64,000 bases of DNA. Origin: Eledone cirrhosa (taxonomy: Eukaryota). The stretch spans positions 53,196,001-53,260,000 of the forward strand of contig OZ024747.1 of assembly GCA_964016885.1 (NCBI GenBank), written 5' to 3'. Position numbers and translations under genes: made by a program. The notes below the pieces were generated by a model. It did not search any database, was not told the origin of the DNA, and was given only the letters and a program-made list of their open reading frames with translations. Shown piece after piece: positions 1 through 12,700 of the stretch (the stretch's first letter is position 1; each line of letters begins with the position of its first letter).

Positions 1-725
1 GGACACAAAACCCTTCCCTGGGAGTCAAACTAGGGGCCCTGAACTCTAACTATGAAATCACGTGTCTTCACACGACGACAATAACAACAATAACAATTAT
101 ATCAACAGTGTGGTGCTGATTATCCATTTAGTTTAGAAAATGTGATTGGGTCACACGAAGGTATAAACAGTAAACTGACAAAGTTTCTTTGGAGATAACC
201 TTTTTTACTTCTTTCCTATACAGCCCGGAACACATTTTTGATAATGCTGTATCTGAGAATTTTCTTCCAGACTATTTCTCCAATATCTGATGAAGAATTT
301 TACAGAGACCTTGTGAGATATTAAACCATCGCCGGGCCCCTAGTTCTTGCGTGCCCCTAGGTTACACCCTAGTGAACGGGTAACTCGGGATCGAGTAAAA
401 TATATCATATGATGGAATCTAATACAAGGATTAGGTGATGTCACTTCTAGACGAAAAATTTGCTCAATGACCAATAATGTGTTTGCTCCACCAGTATTTA
501 TATTTAAATTTGGGTGACTTAATTAGACGGTAGATGACAACTGGACATATAATATAATATATATATATATTTGCAGCTATATATAGATATGTATATATAA
601 TGTGGGTAATAATAAACATTACCCAGTTACAAGTAATGGAAATAGCTCAATGTAAAATGATAAGTATACTACAGAGCCGAAATACAATGTAAATGACTAC
701 CAAAGAGTGTTTAAAACATTTAATC

Positions 726-770
726 ACTTACGATCGTTTCATCCTAGCACAAGGCCGGGATCGTCGGAGT
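726..770 (-). ncRNA. Degenerate minimal type I hammerhead motif in a Penelope-like relic (~601-928) between (TA)n tracts
   Basis: Minus strand ACT-CCGACGA-TCCCGGC cttgt GCTAGGAT-GAAA-CGATCG-TA-AGT. Core is mutated (CCGACGA), stem III is palindromic (ACGATCGT), stem I is ACT/AGT. Confidence 0.55.
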
Positions 771-921
771 AGATAACAAACCTCAAACAGAAATATAATA
801 TCAAAACTTGTTCACTAAAACATTAGGAGGATACATAATATGGGAGGCTAAATAAACATTTGAAGAATAGGAGCAGATAAATGTAATACAAATTAGGAGC
901 AGATGAAAGCATTGTGTGTGA

Positions 922-982
<61 letters not shown>

Positions 983-1124
983 AAGAAACCCATTTATTAT
1001 TTATTTATACATCGCTACGGACGTTTCAGCTCGGCTAGATTTATTAAGGGCTGAAAAGTACATCGAGCTTATCTCTTTTACCAATGAAAAGAGTGTAGTA
1101 CTACACTATAACCTCATATTATAT

Positions 1125-1950
1125 ATATTGTTGTTGTTGGTGTTGTTTGTTTTGATGGTGTTGATGTTAGTTTTGTTGTTGATATTAGAGCTGTTGCTGT
1201 TGTAGTTGGTGATGTTGGGGCTGTTGTTGTTGTTGGTGGTGGTGGTGTTGGTGTTGGAGTTGTTGTTGGTGATATGGTTGGTGTTGTTGTTGGTGTTGTT
1301 TTTAGTTTTGTTGTTGATACTAGAGTTGTTGCAGTTGTTGACGTTGATGTTGTTGGGGTTAGTATTGTTGATGTTGATGTCGATATTGTTGTTGGCGTTG
1401 TTATTGTTGTTGATGTTGATGTTGGTGTTGTTGGTGTTGATGTTGATGTTGTTGGTGTTGTTGGTGCTGATGTTGGTGTTGGTGTTGTTCATGTTGTTGT
1501 TGGTGTTGTTGGTGTTGTCGGTGTTGTTGGTCTTGATGTTGATGTTGGTGTTGTTGATGTTGGTGTTGGTGTTGTTGGTGTTGATGTTGGTGTTGGTGTT
1601 ATTGTTGGCTTTTGTTGGTGTTGTTGGTGTTGATGTTGTTGTTGTTGTTAGTGTTAATGTTGATGTTATTATTGGTATTTATGGTAATGTCGTTGGTGCT
1701 TTTGTTGGTATTGTTGTTGTTGATGTTGTTGTTGTTGTTAGCGTTAATGTTGATGTTATTATTGGTATTTATGGTAATGTCGTTGGTGCTTTTGTTGGTA
1801 TGGTTGTTGTTGATGTTGTTGTTGTTGTTAGTGTTAATGTTGATGTTATTGTTGGTGTTTATTGTAATGTCGTTGGTGCTTTTGTTGGTGTTGTTGTTGT
1901 TGTTGTTGATGTTAACGTTGTTGTTGGTGTTGTTGTTGGTGTTGTTAGTG
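1125..1950. repeat. Degenerate (GTT/GGT/GAT)n microsatellite containing a 90-bp higher-order repeat x3 (1608-1890)
   Basis: GCTTTTGTTGGT recurs at 1608, 1698, 1788 and 1878. Confidence 0.9.
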
Positions 1951-2034
1951 TCAATGCTCTACTACATTGCGATGATGATACTACATTGGTTTCATTCTAT
2001 TGTTATTTGTCTCTACACGGTCAGCATTCTAATT

Positions 2035-2048
2035 TGTAAATGTATTTG

Positions 2049-2092
<44 letters not shown>

Positions 2093-2495
2093 GTGGTTAT
2101 ATATATTTGTGTGTTCATAACGATATGTATGTATAAATGTATTTGTAGTAGTGGTGTGGTTATATGTGGATGGTATGAGGAACCTTTTATATCTATAGTG
2201 TCTATGAGAGACTGTTTACGTGTGTACATACACATATTCGTTTATATATATATATATATATACGCGGTTATATATATTTGTGTGTTCATAACGATATGTA
2301 TGTATAAATGTATGTATGTATGTATAAATGTATTTGTAGTAGTGGTGTGGTTATATGTGGACGGTATGAGGGAACTTTTATATCTATAGTGTCTATGAGA
2401 GACTGTTTAAGTGTACATACACATATTCGTTTATATATATATATATGTGGTTATATATATTTGTGTGTTCATATAGATATGTATGTATAAATGTA
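2035..2495. repeat. Tandem repeat of ~175-190 bp (~2.5 copies) with a variable internal (TA)n, followed by (TATG/TA)n to ~2900
   Basis: GGTTATATATATTTGTGTGTTCATA and GTAGTAGTGGTGTGGTTATATGTGGA...GTGTCTATGAGAGACTGTTTA recur. Confidence 0.85.
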
Positions 2496-3121
2496 TGTAT
2501 GTAGGTATGTTTGTATGTATGTGTGTATATATGTATATATGTATATATGCATGTATGTATACATGTATGTATGTGAGTATGTATGTATGCATGTATATTT
2601 GTACGTATGTATGTATGTATGCATGTATATAGGTATGTATGCATGTATACCTGTATAAATGTATATATGTATATATGTATATAAGTATGTATATATGTAA
2701 GTATATATATGTATTTAGGTATATATATATGTATGTATGTATATATGTATATATGTATGCATGCATGTATGTATATATGTACATATGTATGCATGTATAT
2801 GCGTGTGTGTATGTATATATGTATATATGTATGCATCTATATGTGTGTGTATGTATGTGCATATGTATGCATGTATATCAGTATGTGTATGCATGTACAT
2901 GTGTTACTATTTGCGTGTGTTTACTTATCTAGGTTGCTATAAATTCAATATACTACATAATGAATTTTATATAAAATAGACTACGTGCCTATGTTAATGT
3001 ATGTATATGCAAACAGACTAATATACACTTAAAATCATCACACCCTCTATCTCGCACATACTTATGTAGAATGAAATTCTCTTACACCGAAACATATAAA
3101 CAATTATTTTATATATATATA

Positions 3122-3197
<76 letters not shown>

Positions 3198-3225
3198 TCA
3201 TTTTTGCATTTATACATACATCCAT

Positions 3226-3274
<49 letters not shown>

Positions 3275-3708
3275 CACACTTATATATACATATATATACA
3301 TAAATATATACATAATTGCATACATACATACATACATACATAAATACATACATATATTTATACTGTTGGTACAGTAAAATAACAGCAGAAAAGGTAATGA
3401 ATAAGTGTGAGAGAGTCATTGAAACGTGGCACAGATTTAAAATTGAATTTAGCAGAAAAACCAGACTAGAATTTGGTTGGGCAATATAATAGAGAAAGAG
3501 TGAAATTAGATGTTTTGCTTTATGATGGCAATTTCAACAAGGTTTCTACAGAATTGATCGAATATTCCATTTTATTTTGAAGCGTGTCGATTGGTTAATC
3601 TAATAGTAACTTTTATAGGAGAGCTGCTTGACAATTCCAATAAACACCCAGCACTAGTTTTACTCCTGGTGGTGGGAATTTCACTTCATTTACAACAGTA
3701 ATTATAAT

Positions 3709-3896
3709 TGTTTCTACGTTCGGCACAAGGCCAGCAATTACCCCAGTGCATTACTGGTACTTTATTTTATCGACCCTGTAAGGATAAAAAGCAAAGCTAA
3801 CCACAGTGGGATTTGAACTCAGAACGTAAAGGGACATGGCTCTATGCTGCAAAGCATGGTGTCTGACGCTCTACCGATTCTGTCAATCCACCTCCC
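3709..3896 (-). mobile_element. Full-length tRNA-derived SINE (octopod-type) with a 19-bp TSD
   Basis: A-box-like TGACAGAATCGG, B box GAGTTCAAATCC, body GGGTCGATAAAATAAAGTACCAGT, tail GGCCTTGTGCC...TAGAAACAA. Perfect TSD TTACAACAGTAATTATAAT at 3690-3708 and 3897-3915. Confidence 0.9.
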
Positions 3897-3934
3897 TTAC
3901 AACAGTAATTATAATATGAAATGGAATTGACCCA

Positions 3935-4790
3935 CGATAAGTGTTTCAGTTGTTCAATCATTGGAATATCTTGTTCATGAAAATAACGTGCATGCTGCTA
4001 TGTCTTTCTCAGACACTTGTAAACTTAACGTAAATCTCAGGGAGATTCGTAGTTGCATATTTTGTGACAAAGTGAACCTTTGTATTATAGGTACGGTCTA
4101 GTTTATATTATAGTATAACTGGCTGAGTATTCCAGAGATGGTTTTAAACATATTCAGCTTGACAGAGTGTGTTATAGCTGGCCATTTAAATTATTGCAAG
4201 TGGCTGAGTATTCCACAGACATGTGTACACGTAACATAATACTCTCGATGATTCCTCATGACAGAATTTCTAACATAACTGAATCTTTGAATTACCGATA
4301 CACCTGATGGGCTTACAAACCGTTTCCGCCTCCCCATTTTCAATAAAAGTTTGGGTCGACTCAAGGCTGTGATAACTGACATTTGGAGCATGGCCGGATT
4401 CAATGAGGAGGTGGGGGTGGCAAAGAGATAAATTGCCCTGGACCTCATGCAGTGTGTGTGTGTGTGGGGGGGGGGGGCACCAACAACGGCCGTAGACATT
4501 TATTTGAACCCTAAGTTGGGCTTTTAAGCTTTAGTATGGTTAGAATTTTTCAATTTAATACCTGTACGTATTACTTTTCAATTCCAATTATTCAAGCAAA
4601 GCTAACTTTTATATATAAAATTGGGGGTTTGCTGTGTTTTCTATTTTTTGTGTATGAGGGGCTCCCCGAAACCTGAAGCACCCCGGATCTCCAACGTCTA
4701 AATCCAATCCTGACTTGGAGCGAACCATGGACGTCATGATGAAGAAACTGACTTCTTAACCAGTCGACTCTGTTGCACTCACAGCAGTAA
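3935..4790 (-). mobile_element. Old SINE(s) of a second family with tandem tail sub-repeats, interrupted by a MITE
   Basis: Repeated motif GCTGAGTATTCCACAGACATGTGTAC...TCTCAGGGAGATTC...GTGACAAG is also seen at ~17980-18400, ~53430-53510 and ~63430-63600. Head-like sequence resumes after 4720. Confidence 0.55.
4389..4712. mobile_element. hAT-type MITE
   Basis: Imperfect TIRs CATGGCCGGATT / AATCCAATCCTG. 8-bp TSD ATTTGGAG (4381-4388) / ACTTGGAG (4713-4720). Both ends are homologous to the element at 59758-60088 in reverse orientation. Confidence 0.75.
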
Positions 4791-4874
4791 TATAATTCTA
4801 TAAGGGAAGACCTTATCATTACTCAGGTTCTTATTAGTATTAAAAAGGTGTTCTCTATATGTGTAATAGATATA

Positions 4875-5085
4875 GAATGAATTAAGCAGAGTCGATAATG
4901 TGTCGAGCAAAACATTTTGTTGTATATATTCGGGGCTCTGGTTTCAAACCCCAGAATATTGCATTTTATAATTGAGTGGCCGATAAATAAACTAGGTGAA
5001 ATCGACTGATCCCTGAAGTCCAGTAAAATGTCCCCTTCACCAAACTATATTCACCAATTTATATACCAGCGAATAAGGAAGAAAC
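4875..5085 (+). mobile_element. Highly degenerate SINE copy
   Basis: Remnants GCAGAGTCGATA, GGTTTCAAACCC (B box) and GCCGATAAATAAA occur in the same order as in the intact copies. Confidence 0.45.
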
Positions 5086-5524
5086 AGTGGTGGAGAAAGT
5101 AGTTATAAAATGCCATTAAAATGTAATCTTTGATACCTGAACAGAAAAATCATAACCAAATCGATCTATTTATCTTTTTCTCGGGGGAAATCAGTCAAAC
5201 TTCAAGTGGGATGACTCAAGCTTTACCTAAATGCCTAAGAAACGCCTTAGGTAACAACAGTGTCCCTACGATTCCAGCAGCAGTTAAGCGTTCAATGAAA
5301 GAATTAAAAAATAAAATGGGTGAAGACGTATAGAGTAAAAGAAATGTAGAGTATTAGATTTGGGGTCATGAATTATTTCAAATTTAGAAATAACCAACCG
5401 GTATGAATCAAAGATGACTGTCAAATAACATAGAGAGATAAAGTAAAGAAGAGATATAGAATAAATGTATATATATATATATATATGTATGTATATATAT
5501 ATATATATATAATTGAAAAAATAT

Positions 5525-5632
5525 GTAGAGTGGGTAATAGGAAAACGTTTTCCTATTACCCACTCCACTACCCTAAGTATTGAGTACTCTGGTGCGTTAT
5601 GGTTCACCTGGTTCCTTACCACACCTCATTCG

Positions 5633-5633
<1 letters not shown>
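5525..5633 (+). mobile_element. Penelope-like terminal relic with a 38-bp perfect palindrome, ending at (TA)n
   Basis: GAGTGGGTAATAGGAAAAC|GTTTTCCTATTACCCACTC (5528-5565). Downstream sequence is clearly homologous to 21337-21421. Confidence 0.65.
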
Positions 5634-5700
<67 letters not shown>

Positions 5701-6004
5701 GGAGAGAGAGTGAGAGATAGAAAGAAATAGAGTGAGAGCGTAAGATACATATGGATATAGAGTGAGTTACATACACACTCTCTTTCTTTCCCCCTCTCAC
5801 ATACACATAGGCCATGTAGCATCTTTTCTTTCATATTTTGCCTTCTTTTCATTCATTGCCTTCTTTTCTTTAATTTCTCCGAATATTTTAGGAAGAGGGA
5901 CCATGCTCGAAATGACGAGATAGACATTTCTCCTGAGACCTATCAAAGAACTTTGATTTCTGAACTAAATTCTGTTCTTGTTATTGTATTTTCTACCCCT
6001 TCCC

Positions 6005-6091
<87 letters not shown>

Positions 6092-6481
6092 ATATGGTGG
6101 AAGAAACATTTTAAATATGTAAGAATACAGTTTATTGATTAACATTACTATGTATTTTGAAAATTATGAAACGTTGAAAACATTCGTCACTCTTCAGAAA
6201 CATATGAGTTACAAGATTCCAGTTTATATATTCCTTATAACTATCTGCAGAGAAAGATAGAAACCACGTAATAAGAGGCCTTCAGCCTGATGACGTCCGT
6301 CGCTTTGGCACAGGATGTTTGTTGTCATGCTTGGAGGGTTAGTATAGGAGTTTGAACGACATAGGTTTACTAAATGTTTTCTGCGTTATGTATGTGTGTA
6401 TGTGGTACATGGTGTTGAGTGTAGGTTTATGGAGAGTGTTTTCTTGAGTTCGTGGATAGCATTGATTTGGTGATGTTGAAG

Positions 6482-6574
<93 letters not shown>

Positions 6575-6874
6575 AATATATTTCGTTTCTGAATTTGAAC
6601 ACACACACAGAAACAAAATGGCGTAGGACAGAACAAAGGAGAGGCACAGAAACAAAGAAAGGAATCCCCAGTCACTGAAGAGGTCACAGAGTGTGTGACG
6701 AAAGAACTATGACTATATATAAACAACTATCTGGTTGTGGAACCAACCAACCAACCAGAAATTTATAAATTTATAAATTTATTATAAATTTATTATAATA
6801 AATTGAAGTTAAAGCAACTGGTGCGTGTATTTCTTATTGGCAACATGACCCACCCAAAGTATAACAATATATAA

Positions 6875-6905
<31 letters not shown>

Positions 6906-6940
6906 AATATATATTTTGCGAAATCCAGAGACTTTCAATA

Positions 6941-7122
6941 ATTGTTTCTACTTTTGGCACAATGCCAGCATTTATCAGTACATTACTGGTACTTTATTTT
7001 TCGACCCCAAGGATAAAAGGCAAAGTTAACCTTAACGGGATTTGAACTCAGACCGTGAGGGGACGTAACTATGCTAGAAAGAATGGCGTCCAACCCTCTA
7101 CTGATACTGCCAATTCACCACC

Positions 7123-7123
<1 letters not shown>
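6941..7123 (-). mobile_element. tRNA-derived SINE, same family as 3709-3896
   Basis: GGTGAATTGGCAGTATCAGTAGAG head, B box GAGTTCAAATCC, GGGGTCGAAAAATAAAGTACCAGT, tail TTGTGCCAAAAGTAGAAACAA. Confidence 0.85.
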
Positions 7124-7159
<36 letters not shown>

Positions 7160-7530
7160 TACATATATATATATATGGTGATTCAGTGAATTACTGGTTG
7201 TGGTACCAAAACAAACACTCTATTCACAGGCAGGGTACATATATAAAAAGAACGATGAAGTTTCGTTTACAAGTATTCAGATTTTTATTGCGTATCTATC
7301 TGTTACGCGCGTTTTTAATATATATATATATATATGTGTGAGTCTCGGGTTCGATCAGGGGGCAACCACAGTAAGTGATGAACTCGATACAGTAGTAGAG
7401 TGTAAACAAAATTTAATATAGAAATGGCTTCTATAGGACTAGAACTTTTTCATTCGATAATTGCTTTCGAATGAATCAGTCCTAGTCCCGTATATTAAAT
7501 TATATATGTGTATATATATATATATATATA

Positions 7531-7654
7531 TTTAATATAGAAAAGCTTCTATAGGACTAGAACTGTTTTATTCGTGAGAAATCATCAGGAAGCTTCCTGA
7601 TGACTTCTCACGAATAAAACAGTTCTAGTCCTGTAGAAGCTTTTCTATATTAAA
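7531..7654. repeat. 124-bp near-perfect palindrome with no loop, built from a hammerhead-like Penelope terminus; a related diverged copy lies at ~7411-7500
   Basis: Two 62-bp arms with 2 mismatches, centred on AAG|CTT at 7592/7593. Each strand reads CTGATGA-(C/T)TTCTCACGAAT-AAAAC-AGTTCTA-GTC. Confidence 0.85.
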
Positions 7655-7891
7655 ACATTTATACTCTGCTATGTATTGAGTACCTTATTTACTGTGGTTA
7701 CCCCCGATTCAACCCGGAATAACTTATATATATAAGAGAAAAATATATATGTGAGAAAACCCACAGACCCTCCATCTCAACTCTACTTTTGAAAAGCAGA
7801 AGAACTGCGAAACCGGTAAAGGAACCAAATAAATATATATATATTTTCTTAAATAAGACTCCAGTTGCATTTTCGATTTTCATCTTTTTTT

Positions 7892-7941
<50 letters not shown>

Positions 7942-8135
7942 GGGGGGGGGGGAGAGGGAGAGTGGTGATCATGTGTGAGAGAGGGTGTAGTGTGAAGGTG
8001 AAGGGGAGAGCAATGGTGATGGTATGAACCAGAGACTGTGGTAGCATCTTATCATGTATGAATGGTTCCCTTGATAGACTTAATACGGGCTACTGAGATT
8101 ACTGACTTGATTAGTTTGGTACTGATATAGACGGC

Positions 8136-8460
8136 GATGATGATCGTGATGATGACCATGGTGATGATAATGATGACGATGGTGATGACGATGGCGATGA
8201 TGATGATGCTGATGATGATCATGATGATGATGATGATGATGATGTCGATGATGACGATGATGATGATGACGACGATGATGATGACGTTGATGATCATGGT
8301 GATGATGATGACGATGATGATGATGATGATGATGATGATGACGATGTCGAAGATGATGATGACGACGATGATGGTGGTGGTGATGATGACGACGACGACG
8401 ATGATGAAAATGATGACGATGTCGATGATGACTATAATGACGTTGTCGATGATGATCATA

Positions 8461-8497
<37 letters not shown>

Positions 8498-8831
8498 CGA
8501 TGTCGATGATGATGATGACGATGACGACGATGCTCATGGTGATGATGATGACGATGATGATGATAATGATGATGACGACGATGATGATGAAGATGATGAT
8601 GATGACGACGATGTTGATGATGATGATGACGACGATGTTGATGATGATGATGATGATGATGACGATGCTAATGATGATGATGATGATGATGACGACGATG
8701 CTGATGATGATGACGATGATGATGATGATGACGACGATGTTGATGATGATGATGATGATGACGACGACGATGCTGATGATGATGACGATGATGATGATGA
8801 TGACGATGACGATGATAATGATGATGACGAC
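8136..8831. repeat. Degenerate (GAT/GAC)n microsatellite, ~700 bp
   Basis: Direct reading; the poly-Met, poly-Ile and poly-Asp ORFs are by-products. Confidence 0.95.
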
Positions 8832-9348
8832 TTACTGCTTATGATATTATTGTTGTTGTTGTTTCTACTATTGAATTTCGTTAAAATATAGTGTACGGGG
8901 TGTGAGGGTCCTAGGTGAGGGCTGGGTGGTAAGGACGAGGGGTAGGGAGTGATGGATCTCGTGGTAGTCTACCAATTTATCTTTTTAATTTAATTTTATT
9001 AGAATCTCAATATCGATCTCTATCAATCTTCCTTTCCTTCTTCATATCTTTACTTATCGATCTGTATCTATTTGTATGTATATATGTGTGTGTGTATGTA
9101 TGTATGTATGTGTATGTATGCATGTACTTATGTATGTTTATATGTATATATGTATGTATGTATATTCATATGTATGTGTGTATGTATGTGTGTATACATA
9201 TATGTGTGTATATATGTGTATTTATATAGGTATATGTGTACAAATGCATGTGTCAGTATGTGTGTATCTGTGTTTGTGTGAGTGTATGTATTGTTACATA
9301 TATGTCTATCTACATATATCTGTATGTATGTATATACACATCGCTGTG

Positions 9349-9398
<50 letters not shown>

Positions 9399-9729
9399 TT
9401 GTCTATATAGTCAAGTGTGTATGTATTTGTGGCGATAATTTCTATATGTGTATAGGCTCGTCGCTTGTATATGTATGGTTCTATATGGTTTTACGTAACA
9501 AATTGCGTGTATGTGTATGTGTATGTTATGCGTACACACATATATATATATATGTGTATGTGTGTATGTATCTCTCCGTGAGTTATTTAAATTGCTTTAC
9601 AATTGACTAAACCCACATTCAGAAGATCAAAAGTTTAATGTTAAAAATTTTTGCCTTTGAAATTTTTATATTTGAAAAAAAAAAAAATCCATAATTTCTT
9701 TTTATTTATTTCCTTTCATTTTATTATCA

Positions 9730-12700
9730 TTATTATTATTATTGTTATTGTTATTCCTTGAATCTCAGTCATTGATGTTGGTTAACTGGAAAGTCCGTTG
9801 GATTGAATATCAAGCCACTACCTGCAGCCTCAGATATTCAGGACGTATCGGAGGGTTCTTGCCGTTCCAAGCAAGCATGCCTTTTGAAGCGTTCCAAAAA
9901 GCGTGAGGGGGCCGATTTTCTTTAACCATCCCTGGAAACCTTTGGAGATAGTCCCCAGTGCGCCTATGACAATCGGGATCACTTTGACTTCATGGCAGTT
10001 CCAAATCCTTTTCACCTCCCACTTTAGGTCCTGGTATCGGTTAATTTTCTCCCTCTCCTTCTCTTGCACTCTCGTGTCGAACGGGCAGGCCACATCCACA
10101 ATCAGGCACGATCTTTTTTCTTTGTCCACAACCACCAGGTCAGGTCTATTGTGTTCCAGTTTTTTGTCCGTCTGTATCCTAAAATCCCACAGCACCTTCA
10201 CCTGACTGTTCTCCATCACCGCCTCTGGCCTATGCTCATACCATTTCTCAGAATGTGGTAGATTGTTTACTTTGCACAGGTGCCAGTGGATCACCCTGCC
10301 CATCACATCGTGTCTCCAGCCCTTATAGTGGGTCTGGGCTAGGTGTTTACACTCGGACACAATGTGAGCCACAGTCTCCTCTCTCTCTCCACAGATCCTG
10401 CACAGTGGGCTAGCCTCCTCCTTGTAGATATGGTGCTTCAACCACTTCGTTTTGAGGGCCTGCTCCTGCGCAGCCATTAGCATTCCTTCTGTAGCCTTTT
10501 TGAGGTCTCCTCTTCTCAACCAGTTCCATGTCTGTGGATCTCTAAATTCAGTTTTCTCAAAGAAGGTACTATGAAGGGATTTTCCCTTAAGGCTGCTCTT
10601 CCTCCTTGATGTTATTTCCTCCTTGGGTATCCCCTGGCCTACTCTCCCCTCCTTCAGTACAGCTCTGAGCATTGGCTCCTTACTATAGGTCACGTATTTG
10701 TATAGGTTGTTTTTCTCCATCTGAACACAGTCCTCTATGCTGATAAGACCTCTTCCACCCTCAGATCTCCTTAGGTAGAGTCTATCGACATCACTCCTCT
10801 TGTGGAACATGTTGTAGATAGTCAATAGCTTCCTAGTCTTCCTATCCATTTCTTTTTGTTCAGCAACATTCCATCTCAGAATTCCCGCACTGTACCTAAT
10901 AATAGACACAGCTCGGGAATTTACTGCGCTTATGGCATTTCTGCTGTTCAGATGTGACTTCAATACGCTCCTTACTCTCCGAATGTATTCAGTTCTTAAC
11001 AATTCCTTCATTTTTTTGTTCTTTATGCCATCAGCCTCCAGAACGCCCAAATACTTGTATCCTTCCTCAGAGTCAATTTCCTTTATCATCTCACCTGTTG
11101 GTATCTGGATCCCGTTACTTCTGCTCAACCTACCCCTCCTCATCACAATGACTCCACATTTACCAATACCAAACTGCATACATATATCACTGCTGAAAAT
11201 ACGGACAGTGTCAACAAGCACATCCAACTCCTTCTCACTTTTCCCGAAGAGCTTAAGATCGTCCATGAAGAGGAGGTGATTGATGGTAAGCTCTCCCCTT
11301 CCCAACTTGTATCCTGCTCTCACTTTTCGCAGCATAATGGTCAAGGGCATCAGGGCAAGGACAAACAACAGAGGGGACAGGCTATCTCCCTGGAAGATAC
11401 CTCTCTTGATCTTCACGCTTCCCAAGGATACTCCAGTTGATGTCAACTCTGTCTCCCAGGACCCCATACTCCTGCCCAGCAACTCTCTGATGTTATCTGC
11501 CACCCTGAAGATCTCCAGGCTTTTGGTGATCCAGGAATGAGGCACCATGTCAAATGCCTTTCTGTAGTCTATCCATCCCATGGCAAGATCAGTGTGTCTC
11601 CTCCTGCAATTCCCCATTACCATCTTATCAATAAGCAACTGGTCCTTTGTACCACGTGACTTCTTTCGGCATCCTTTCTGTTCGTCCGGCAACAAGTTGT
11701 TTGTGTGGAGGTGATGGTAGATTTCCTCAGACACAATGCTCGTCAACAGTTTCCACATTACGGGCAGACATGTGATAGGTCTATAGTTGGTAACATCATT
11801 ACCCTTGATTCGGTCTTTCATTATCAGAACTGTGGTACCTTTTGTCAACCACTCTGGCACCTCACCCGACACCAAGCAGTCATTGAACATGGCCGTCAGC
11901 TTCGGGTGGAGGGATGTTAAATGTTTAATCCAATACCCCTGCACACCATCTGGGCCTGGTGATTTCCAGTTGGTTAGTTTTTTGGCTTGCCCCTTAAGAG
12001 TTTCAACTGTGATACTCAAATCAGTCTGTTGCTGTGCCTGCTCACCGATCTCCCTCTGTACTGTCTCAATCCACCCTGCCTGGGCATTGTGTCTAACATC
12101 CTGCTCCCATATTCCTCTCCAGAATGTTTTAGCTTGTTCCGCCCCAGGGATCAAGTCGGTGCCTCTTTCTTTCCCCTCAAGCTGTCCAAACAGCATCTTC
12201 TGGTTGTTGTCGAACATGCGGTTCTGTTTATACTGACTGACTCTGTTCTCGTATCGCCTGATTTTGGCACTCTTTGCTACAATGCGTTGCTTCAATTCCT
12301 CTATGATAATATTTAGCTTTTTACTCCTAGTTTTGTATTTTATTTCCAGTCTATTTTTAGTGCCTATGTTTTTTAGTGTCCCATTCAGTAGTGACTCAAG
12401 CTTTCCTATGTCATTTCTCATTTCCCCGATTTGCCCACTCAGTCGCTTCTTCCACCACGGCTCTGCTCTTTCTTGTCTGTTGTTTCCTCTCGCTTTTATA
12501 CCAAGTAGTTTCCTCACCGTATTTGCTGTTGCTTTGAGGATATTGTTGCACTGGTGAAGACTCCTCGCCTCAAGGTATGGGATGACTTTGTTTACCTTAG
12601 CTGTTGTTTCTTTTAACTTTTTCCTGTCTACAAATCTTAGGTTCATAGGTCTCCCACTATCATTGTTCAACTCATCTACCACTAAATTTAGGATGTCAAC

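Noticed and set aside
224-312. Possible plus-strand exon (TTTCCTATACAG| ... CTT|GTGAGA)
   Set aside because: One open frame but no partner exons or recognisable homology; such signals arise by chance.
6140-6345. Hammerhead candidates CTGAAGA (minus, ~6191-6197) and CTGATGA (plus, ~6288-6294)
   Set aside because: No correctly placed GAAA or stem I; at most heavily decayed relics.
8052-8844. Poly-Met, poly-Asp and poly-Ile ORFs
   Set aside because: (GAT)n microsatellite without start or splice context.
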